Shown here one piece after another: positions 40,176 to 47,777 of a stretch of DNA of 64,000 nucleotides. The stretch is taken from contig CAYYSJ010000003.1 of NCBI GenBank assembly GCA_964474445.1, positions 81,597 to 145,596 on the forward strand, written 5' to 3'. Both the position numbers and the translations under genes were made by a program. This DNA comes from an uncultured Gammaproteobacteria bacterium (GTDB taxonomy: Bacteria > Patescibacteriota > Microgenomatia > Levybacterales > UBA12049). The notes under the pieces were generated by a model. It searched no databases, was not told the DNA's origin, and worked only from the letters and a program-made list of their open reading frames with translations. The stretch's first letter is position 1. Each line of letters opens with the position of its first letter.

Positions 40176-41087
40176 TTAACTCCTTTCTAACAGGTATAAA
40201 ACTTTTTTATAAAAAGCCTTGGCATTCACTGACATGACAACGTTTACATTCGCTCTACTTGAATCAAAAATTGTTTTCCCTCTTTCATCTCCAACTAAAA
40301 CAACAGAAATTCCAGTTTGGGTTTCTTTATTAATTGCAGATGGTGTAGAGAGAAGAAAAACACTTAAAGGATCATAGAAAGATGAAAAATCCCCATTGTT
40401 ACTTATAATTATTTCTTTAAGAATTTGTGCTTCTTTTGACTTTACGCTAGTTTTTCTTACTTTCTCGGAAAATTCATTCGTTGCTGGGACAGCATCTGTT
40501 GCATCAATACCGACCATAGTTATTGGTATTTTTGATTCAAATACTGTTTGAGCGGCTTCGGGGTCAAGGAAAATATTGTATTCCGCAGCAAAGGTAGGGG
40601 GAACATTTCCTCTTTTTATACCTCCTCCCATCATGAATATTTGTATTTGAGAAGTAAATGCATCACCATATTTTTGTATTGTCTTTGCAATATTAGTAAG
40701 CGGGCCTAGTGCAAGAATAATTGCTTTTTGATTTTTCGTTTTTTCAAATATAAAATTCTCTATAGGAATTGTAATTCCCGGTGATTTGCTTTGTTTGATT
40801 GGTAGTTTTTTTAACAAAGTTAACCTGTTTGCTCGTTGAGTATCATATTGAGGGAAACAGGCATTTTTCTCTTTTATTGCCTTCGTAGAACCTAGACAAA
40901 TAGGAAAAGATACATCTAGAAAATTCAGTAGAGAATTGAGATTTCTTACCCCATTTTCTTTTGTTGCCACTCCATTAACAGTAGATATGCCGATAATTTT
41001 GAATTGCCTTTTCAGTAAGAGGTATGCAATTGCCATAATATCATCATTTCCCATGTCTGTATCAATAAAAAGATTTTGTTTTTTCAT
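40176..41087 (-). CDS. Nucleoside hydrolase (IU-NH family)
   Basis: DTDMGNDD, VNG, LGPLTNIA, MMGG, AEYNIFLDPEAA, YDP. Confidence 0.92.
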   Translation of the reverse strand: MKKQNLFIDTDMGNDDIMAIAYLLLKRQFKIIGISTVNGVATKENGVRNLNSLLNFLDVSFPICLGSTKAIKEKNACFPQYDTQRANRLTLLKKLPIKQSKSPGITIPIENFIFEKTKNQKAIILALGPLTNIAKTIQKYGDAFTSQIQIFMMGGGIKRGNVPPTFAAEYNIFLDPEAAQTVFESKIPITMVGIDATDAVPATNEFSEKVRKTSVKSKEAQILKEIIISNNGDFSSFYDPLSVFLLSTPSAINKETQTGISVVLVGDERGKTIFDSSRANVNVVMSVNAKAFYKKVLYLLERS

Positions 41088-41101
41088 ATTCTCCTTTTCA
41101 T

Positions 41102-41124
41102 AAAAAAACCCCGCTTAGCGGGGT
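41102..41124 (-). terminator. Intrinsic terminator of a putative attenuator
   Basis: Minus strand ACCCCGC-TAA-GCGGGGT followed by a T tract, immediately upstream of the nucleoside hydrolase RBS. Confidence 0.85.
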
Positions 41125-41148
41125 AAGTTCTTTTGTAACACATGAACA

Positions 41149-41211
41149 CTACTCCGCCGAAAGGGGAGTATGGTGTACTTTTTTGTTATTAGTTATTTGT
41201 TTACTGTTCAT
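41149..41211 (-). CDS. Putative His leader peptide MNSKQITNNKKVHHTPLSAE
   Basis: 20-codon uORF with tandem CAC-CAT at the 5' arm of a hairpin that competes with the antiterminator. Confidence 0.6.
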   Translation of the reverse strand: MNSKQITNNKKVHHTPLSAE

Positions 41212-41234
41212 AGTATTATTTGTAGAATGACAAA

Positions 41235-41525
41235 TTATTTAGTTTTATTTAGACGTTTTAGCATAAGTAGGTACCCGCCCATGCCTTTTTCTTTCCATTT
41301 CTGAATTCGTGCAATCGTAGTGCTGCTCATACCTGTTTGCCTGGTAATCTCTTCATAAGGAACTTTATCCTCAAGAAGACGAGCTACTTTCCAGCGATTT
41401 GCAAATTCTTTAATTTCTGCTTCAGTGAGTAAATCGCGCAAGAACTTTCTACATTCATCAACTGTTTTTAGTTTTAGAAACGTTTTAAACAATACCTCTG
41501 TGTCTTGTGAATGTAAAAAATCCAT
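41235..41525 (-). CDS. TrpR-like repressor, YerC/YecD (HisR) family
   Basis: ECRKFLRDLLTEAEI..FANRWKVARLL....YEEI...TGMSSTTIARI...GMGGY. Confidence 0.9.
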   Translation of the reverse strand: MDFLHSQDTEVLFKTFLKLKTVDECRKFLRDLLTEAEIKEFANRWKVARLLEDKVPYEEITRQTGMSSTTIARIQKWKEKGMGGYLLMLKRLNKTK

Positions 41526-41578
41526 ACTTTATTAAACTAAAGCATAAGCATCATACCACTTTACTTAACTAAAGTCAA
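41525..41578 (-). promoter_or_regulatory. Sigma70 promoter (TTGACT-N17-TATGAT) with two ACTTTA-N6-TAAAG(T/C) operator palindromes
   Basis: -35 at 41578-41573, -10 at 41555-41550; palindromes at 41558-41575 (perfect) and 41526-41543. Confidence 0.75.
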
Positions 41579-41616
41579 GATAGAGGTTTAATTGGGTTTA
41601 TTTAAAATGTTATCGA

Positions 41617-42615
41617 CTATCTTTCTTCCAAGAAGTGGTGGGCGATAGAGTGGAGGATAACAAAGAGCACTGCAAAAATAGGCACAGCAAAGATAACACC
41701 AAACCCTCCCGCAATTTTATATCCAATAAAGAAGGAGAGAAGAACAATCACTGGATGAAGTTGTAATGCTTGTCCCAACAAACGAGGGCCAATAATATTA
41801 AAGACAATTTGTTGCATAGCAAGGAGGGTAATGAGGACCAATAAGCCTCGTACGGGATCAATAAAAAAAGCAATGGCAAATGGTGGAATCAGAGCAAGAA
41901 TACCACCAATCATTGGAATAACAGTTAACAGTCCTGAAATAAGACCTGTGGATGCTGCAAAATCAACACCAAATGCGGTCATAATAAGCCATGTTGCAAT
42001 GCCAGCAATGAAAGCAAAAATAATTTGCATACGAATAAAAGATCCAAACGTACTATCAATCACGTCTTGTAAATACTGTGCCTGTCCATGCCATCGTTTT
42101 GGAAGCAGACTATACAGTTCTTTATTCATGCGTTCTTTGTCCAACACAAAATAAAAAGAAACAATAAGGACCATAAAGGTTGAGAATAAAAATCCTGCAA
42201 CAGAGGGGAGGAAAGAAAGCGCATTATCAACAAAGGCAACTCCTACATCAGTCAACCGGTGAACATAGTAAGGAAATGAAGCTTGATATTTTGGTAATAC
42301 TTTAGAAAGTGTTTGAATTTGTACGACAACAACAGGAATAAAAAGCGAAACAGCTGCTGCTAATACACCGAAAAAGAGAAGATAAATCAGTGTCGCAGAC
42401 CAAATTTTGGGCAGGCGAGCAACCTGAGATACTTTTTCTACAAATGGTCCAAGAATAAAACTTAACACCCATGCAGTAAAGAGAATAATAATAACATCAG
42501 AGAAAAACGTTACACCAAGCCACACCCATTGGAATAAATAAAAGGAGATGGCAATAATACCAAGAATAAGAAGTGTTGTTACTAAGCCTTTTTGTTTTCT
42601 AAATTCATCAAGCAT
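41617..42615 (-). CDS. AI-2E family transporter
   Basis: SFILGPFVE, IPMIG, GPRLLG..LQLHPV, FAVP. Confidence 0.9.
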   Translation of the reverse strand: MLDEFRKQKGLVTTLLILGIIAISFYLFQWVWLGVTFFSDVIIILFTAWVLSFILGPFVEKVSQVARLPKIWSATLIYLLFFGVLAAAVSLFIPVVVVQIQTLSKVLPKYQASFPYYVHRLTDVGVAFVDNALSFLPSVAGFLFSTFMVLIVSFYFVLDKERMNKELYSLLPKRWHGQAQYLQDVIDSTFGSFIRMQIIFAFIAGIATWLIMTAFGVDFAASTGLISGLLTVIPMIGGILALIPPFAIAFFIDPVRGLLVLITLLAMQQIVFNIIGPRLLGQALQLHPVIVLLSFFIGYKIAGGFGVIFAVPIFAVLFVILHSIAHHFLEER

Positions 42616-42689
42616 GATTGATTGTGAGTAAATAAAGGGGATGCAATTTTGTTTACACTACCCCTCCTTTTATGGTAATAAAAGTAGTG

Positions 42690-43781
42690 CTAGATTACAA
42701 GAAGTTTTTTATCTGAATGAGTAAGTTGTCTAATGCCTTTTTCTTCCAAAACAAACATATCTTCAATTCTTACTCCACCAAATCCTGCTTCATACACACC
42801 AGGTTCAATAGTAAATACCATACCTTCTTCTAAGTTGTCTTTTCCGTACCGTGAAAGGGTGGGGGCTTCGTGCACTTCCAGTCCTATGCCATGACCTAAT
42901 GCATGAGGATAGGATGAATACCCTTTATCTTCAATAACCTTTCGTGCGGCATCATCGATTGTTTTGGCAGAAATCGACCGTTCACCACTATCCCACAACT
43001 CTTGAATAAGAGAGATTGCTTTTTCCTGTGACGCAAGCGTTAACTGATGCATCTCTTTTTGTTTGTCATTGGGAGTACCAAGAAAAACAGTGCGACTCAT
43101 ATCTGAAAGATAGGAATCAACCGTTGCCATAAAATCAAACAACACAAAACTATTGCGAGAAAGTTTCTCTTCACCAGTCATATGGTGTGGAACAGCAGCA
43201 TTTTCACCAAAGGCGACGATGGCCTGATGAGGAATTGTACCACCATGATCAATAATGTATTGTTCAAGCTTCCTCCCTAATTCGAGTTCTGAAATTCCTT
43301 CATGAATATGATCAAGGATAAAAGAGAGTGCCTCATCCGATACCTTACATGCTTTTTCAATTGCTGCAATCTCCTTCGCATCTTTCTTCATACGAAGTGT
43401 TCGAAGAGGGATAGGAACTAGTTCTAATTTTTTATCAGTGAAATCCCAATATTCACCAACACGAAGGTCATACTCTTCAAAACCAATCTTTTGAATTCCT
43501 TCTTTTGTAGCGGTTTCCAACACATGCTCTGTGTACCATTTCTCTGGTGTTGTCTCCAAAAGCGTAATATCTGGTGTATATTTTTTCACAGCACCACTAT
43601 ATAACGGACTGGTAATAAGATAGGCATTTGTGGGAGTAATAAAATAATAACCGTCATGATCTTTCAAAAATCTATTAAATCCTGAGAGATAGTGAATATT
43701 AATGTTTGAGGAAACAAGAAATGCATCAACATGATAGTGTTTCAAAATGGATCGTAAGTGTTCAAGACGAGAGGGATTCAT
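42690..43781 (-). CDS. Xaa-Pro aminopeptidase (M24B)
   Basis: Creatinase-like N-terminus; PHH, SDMSRT, HALGHGIGLEVHEAP, TIEPG, GVRIED. Confidence 0.93.
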   Translation of the reverse strand: MNPSRLEHLRSILKHYHVDAFLVSSNINIHYLSGFNRFLKDHDGYYFITPTNAYLITSPLYSGAVKKYTPDITLLETTPEKWYTEHVLETATKEGIQKIGFEEYDLRVGEYWDFTDKKLELVPIPLRTLRMKKDAKEIAAIEKACKVSDEALSFILDHIHEGISELELGRKLEQYIIDHGGTIPHQAIVAFGENAAVPHHMTGEEKLSRNSFVLFDFMATVDSYLSDMSRTVFLGTPNDKQKEMHQLTLASQEKAISLIQELWDSGERSISAKTIDDAARKVIEDKGYSSYPHALGHGIGLEVHEAPTLSRYGKDNLEEGMVFTIEPGVYEAGFGGVRIEDMFVLEEKGIRQLTHSDKKLLVI

Positions 43782-43825
43782 ACTTGTTTCATTGTATCAT
43801 ACCTAATGTTGCTTTTATCTTGTAG

Positions 43826-44617
43826 TTACCTTGTCAGAGGAGTGAGTTTTTTGCCGCTTCCAGTGGAAGGAGTAACTGGGGCAATATCTTCTTGTTTGAT
43901 AAGGACAATGCTTGGGTTAATAGGAAGACTTGGGAAAACAGTAATGCGAGATGCGACGATTTTCGTTGGATCTTGTTTGTCAACAAATCCAACAACCATC
44001 ACTCGCTGTTTTTCTTGTAGTTTAGAAAATCCTGAATGAAGGACTCCGTCTTCTTTTGTATATGACAATGTTTTTGTGAGGTTTTCAACATCAATTGTCC
44101 ATTGATCATTTGTTGGCGTTATAAGTTTAAAATTATAATTTGGTTTATCAAGAGACAGAATGGCTCCACTCAGAATAATTGGGTTTGCAGAAACATCTAC
44201 CCACCGTGCTAACAGATGTCTAGATTCCTTATTATAAAGGCCAATGACTCCGATAGTCATATCTTTTTTAATATCTGAAATACCAAAAGAACCTTTGGCA
44301 TCAGGGGAAGAGAATTTCGTGAGTTCGTCAACGTCAATAATGCGGATAGATCCTTGCATATCAGTAATGGTCAGTTGGGTATCTGTCACATCAGTGACTT
44401 TTCCCATAATGCCACGCTTATCAACCAGTTTTAATTGTGCTACTCGGGATGCGATTCGCTCTTTCAGACTATTGATTTGTTGTTCTAGTTTATTTGCTGA
44501 ACTACTGGGGTTAGGACTAACACTTGGAGTAGGGCTTGTTTGGGCAACAACAATGGAAGGCATTCCTGCGAGAAGTAAGGAAGTACTGAGTATTGTAATA
44601 GCAAGAAATTGTTTCAT
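43826..44617 (-). CDS. Secreted hypothetical protein (DUF5666-like beta domains)
   Basis: Signal peptide, coiled segment, repeated G-x-V...A-x-x-I strands. Confidence 0.65.
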   Translation of the reverse strand: MKQFLAITILSTSLLLAGMPSIVVAQTSPTPSVSPNPSSSANKLEQQINSLKERIASRVAQLKLVDKRGIMGKVTDVTDTQLTITDMQGSIRIIDVDELTKFSSPDAKGSFGISDIKKDMTIGVIGLYNKESRHLLARWVDVSANPIILSGAILSLDKPNYNFKLITPTNDQWTIDVENLTKTLSYTKEDGVLHSGFSKLQEKQRVMVVGFVDKQDPTKIVASRITVFPSLPINPSIVLIKQEDIAPVTPSTGSGKKLTPLTR

Positions 44618-44618
44618 A

Positions 44619-45044
44619 TTAAAAATTTTCTGCTGCATAACTTATTGTCAGTGTTTTTGCTGTTTCCTTTCCATCAGGCATAATGGAAAAAATATGTAAA
44701 ATATTTTCATTAGCAGGAAGAGTGACTGTAAGGGAGAATGCTCCCATACTGGATGGGTTAACGATAGTGTCATTGCCATCGGTTGAAACAATAACCGTTG
44801 CACTTGGATCTGTTTTGCCACTGACTGTTACAATTTTGGATGTCACAACTGATTCGTCTGCTGGACTATCAATTGTTAGGGGGACATCAGTAGTTGGAGT
44901 AGGTGAGACATGCTGCATATTAATTGTTTTAATAGTACTTGGTGAAACTGTTTTTGTTGACTGATAGATAAAAAATGCGACTCCTGCAACAAATAGTCCA
45001 AAAACCACGGCAACAAAAGAAAGAATAAGTTGTTCAAACTTCAT
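44619..45044 (-). CDS. Membrane-anchored Ig-like hypothetical protein
   Basis: N-terminal TM; LTIDSPAD..VTVSGKT..GAF...L..NEN. Confidence 0.7.
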   Translation of the reverse strand: MKFEQLILSFVAVVFGLFVAGVAFFIYQSTKTVSPSTIKTINMQHVSPTPTTDVPLTIDSPADESVVTSKIVTVSGKTDPSATVIVSTDGNDTIVNPSSMGAFSLTVTLPANENILHIFSIMPDGKETAKTLTISYAAENF

Positions 45045-45162
45045 ATGTGAATGCCTAGCCTCTATTAATTTAGCAGGGGAATTAAATTATGGCAAAGGTA
45101 GGGCTATAATACGGCAAACATCAGAGCTTGTCAACCAAAGCTATCTTTGCTAATATGAAGAT

Positions 45163-45684
45163 ATGGAAATTGCAATTCTTAATGGTAATGGTCTTAGAAT
45201 AAAGGGAAAACAAGCAACACTTGTTGTTGATCCAGGAGAAACCAAAGGAAAAGTAACAGCAGATGCAACACTGCTTCTTGGCGTTTCTCAAACTTCTCGA
45301 TTATTTCAAGAAGATTTAGGGGTCGTTTTCCAAGGCCCTGGAGAATATGAGGTGAAAGGAATAAAGATAACTGGATTTAAAGCAGAAGGAGAAACAATGT
45401 ATACCTTAACCGTTGATGGGTTGAGTGTCTTTGTAGGAAAAGTCACGAGTAGTATTAAAGCAAAAGACAAATTACATGAACATGATGTTGCAGTCCTCTT
45501 TGCTGATGAAGTATTACCTCAGGCAACCATGGGGCTTTTGAATCCTAGTGCGATCGTTTTCTACGGAGAGAAAACAGCAGATAATACAAAAGCATTTGGA
45601 AAAGAAGCGGTTGCTCCAACAAATAAATACACAACATCAAAAGATAAGCTTCCTCAAGAAACAGAATTTGTTATCCTCGGATAG
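45163..45684 (+). CDS. Degenerate MBL-fold (Lactamase_B_3-like) protein
   Basis: RIKGK..TLVVDP, GPGEYEVKG; His metal ligands appear missing. Confidence 0.7.
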   Translation: MEIAILNGNGLRIKGKQATLVVDPGETKGKVTADATLLLGVSQTSRLFQEDLGVVFQGPGEYEVKGIKITGFKAEGETMYTLTVDGLSVFVGKVTSSIKAKDKLHEHDVAVLFADEVLPQATMGLLNPSAIVFYGEKTADNTKAFGKEAVAPTNKYTTSKDKLPQETEFVILG

Positions 45685-45793
45685 AATGAGTGTTTAGTTT
45701 TTCTCTCCTCATCATATTCCATATGTTCATCTTGGATTGATCTAGTCTGCTCTCTTGATGTATTCATAGGTATTGGTATACTACTGTGTACAC

Positions 45794-47146
45794 ATGGCAA
45801 GAAATAAATTACCTCCGTCCAATGTAGAAGCAGAACAAAGTGTTTTAGGAGCAATCCTTATTGATAAAGATGCGATTAATCTTGCTTCAGAAATTTTACA
45901 GCCAACAGATTTCTACAATAGCCAACATGGCGTTATTTTTGATGCAATGCTTTCCTTATATGAGGTTCGGCAACCAATTGATTTGATCACATTATCTTCT
46001 GAATTAAAAAAGAAAAAAGATGGAGATGCTGTGCAATCATCCTACCTTACCGATTTAGTCAATACCGTTCCAACTGCAGCAAACGTTTCTCATTATGCAC
46101 TGCTTATTAAAGAAGCATCAACCAAACGACGTCTAATTCATTTAAGTAGTGAAATAACTGAATTGTGTTTTGATGAGGAGAAGGAACTTCGAGAAGTGAT
46201 CGAGTCAGCAGAATCAGGAGTTTTTTCTATCTCCCAAGGAAATGTTGTTCGAGGATTTATGCCTGTGAAACAAGCATTGGCTGCCAGCTTTGACAGAATT
46301 GATGAGTTGCATAAAAGTGGGGCAGGACTACGTGGTGTCCGGACAGGGTTTGGTGATTTGGACAATATGCTGTCTGGTATGCAAGCGTCAAATTTACTGA
46401 TTTTGGCTGCGCGCCCTGGAACAGGAAAAACAGCAATGGCAATGAATATTGCAATGCATGTTGCTGTGCAAGATAAAAAACCAATTGGCATTTTTTCTTT
46501 GGAAATGTCACAAGAAGAATTAGTGGATCGTTTGTTGGTAGGCCAGGCAGATGTTGATGCATGGAGATTGAAGACGGGTAAATTAACAGAAGGTGATTTC
46601 ACCAAATTATCAGAAGCAATGGGTGTGTTGGCAGATGCACCAATTTTTATTGACGATACGCCAGGTATTACCCTTTCTGAAATGCGTACCAAAGCGAGAA
46701 GACTGCAGCTTGAACATGGAATTGGCCTTTTGATCGTTGACTACTTACAGCTGGTGAATCCAGGCAAAAGAGTAGAAAGTCGTGTGCAGGAGGTGTCTCT
46801 TGTTTCCCAAGCATTAAAGAATTTAGCAAGAGAGTTGAAGATTCCTGTCATTGCACTCTCACAGCTTTCTCGTGCGGTTGAGCATCGAGGAGATTCCAAA
46901 CCACAACTTGCCGATTTGCGAGAATCTGGAGCTATTGAACAGGATGCTGACGTCGTTATGTTCTTGTATCGTGCAGATCCAGAAGCAAGTGGTCCAACAA
47001 TCCCTGTAAACATGCTTATTGCAAAACATAGAAATGGTCCAATAGGAGAGGTAAATCTGTTATTTAGAGGAGATAGAATTCGATTCTTCAATATTGAAAA
47101 ACATCGGGGAGAAGAGAGTGCTTCTCCTGCTGCAACAGCTTCTTAA
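45794..47146 (+). CDS. dnaB: Replicative DNA helicase
   Basis: PPSNVEAEQSVLG, AARPGTGKT, SLEMS, VDYLQL, SQLSR, DLRESGAIEQDAD, AKHRNGP. Confidence 0.97.
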   Translation: MARNKLPPSNVEAEQSVLGAILIDKDAINLASEILQPTDFYNSQHGVIFDAMLSLYEVRQPIDLITLSSELKKKKDGDAVQSSYLTDLVNTVPTAANVSHYALLIKEASTKRRLIHLSSEITELCFDEEKELREVIESAESGVFSISQGNVVRGFMPVKQALAASFDRIDELHKSGAGLRGVRTGFGDLDNMLSGMQASNLLILAARPGTGKTAMAMNIAMHVAVQDKKPIGIFSLEMSQEELVDRLLVGQADVDAWRLKTGKLTEGDFTKLSEAMGVLADAPIFIDDTPGITLSEMRTKARRLQLEHGIGLLIVDYLQLVNPGKRVESRVQEVSLVSQALKNLARELKIPVIALSQLSRAVEHRGDSKPQLADLRESGAIEQDADVVMFLYRADPEASGPTIPVNMLIAKHRNGPIGEVNLLFRGDRIRFFNIEKHRGEESASPAATAS

Positions 47147-47231
47147 CGCACTATCATATTGACTTTTAAAAGTTTGGAATGTTACGCTGAATAAGTAGTT
47201 TGATACATGCTACAGTAGGGGGGTGAAGTGA

Positions 47232-47717
47232 ATGGATAATACACAACAAAATGGAATGAATCCACAACCAGTCATGAATGACGGCATGCAGCCAGCAGGA
47301 GTTCAAGATCCGAACGTATCTGTTGCACCAGCAATGGATGCAAATCCTATGCCAACGCAGGCAACAACTTCAATGGGTGATTTAGCTGGCATGACACCTC
47401 CACCTGCACCACCAATGCAAGATATGAGTGCTCAAGCACCAGTTACCATGCCAGAACCAGCTCCTGTTCAAACAATGGATGCGTCTACTATGAATGCAGG
47501 TATGCCTTCTTCACCAATGGGTATGCCACAACAGGCGCAACCTGTTGCTGATATGAATACTTTTTCAAGTCCTATGCATCAAACGCCAGCGTCTGTACCA
47601 GCTGGACAGACAGAAGCTGACGATTATGCATATGCAGAGGATTTACTTGATGAAATTTTGGATTCTTTGGATAGGATTGAGGCAAAATTAGAAGCAATCG
47701 AAAAGAAAATGGGATAA
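47232..47717 (+). CDS. Low-complexity M/P/Q/A-rich protein with C-terminal acidic helix
   Basis: SD-like GGGGGTGA upstream; own terminator downstream. Confidence 0.75.
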   Translation: MDNTQQNGMNPQPVMNDGMQPAGVQDPNVSVAPAMDANPMPTQATTSMGDLAGMTPPPAPPMQDMSAQAPVTMPEPAPVQTMDASTMNAGMPSSPMGMPQQAQPVADMNTFSSPMHQTPASVPAGQTEADDYAYAEDLLDEILDSLDRIEAKLEAIEKKMG

Positions 47718-47739
47718 TAGGAAGATGTATTGTGTTCTA

Positions 47740-47777
47740 AAAACATAATCCCGGCATTTTGTCGGGATTATGTTTTT
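47740..47777. terminator. Bidirectional terminator hairpin
   Basis: AAAACATAATCCCG...CGGGATTATGTTTT between convergent genes. Confidence 0.8.
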
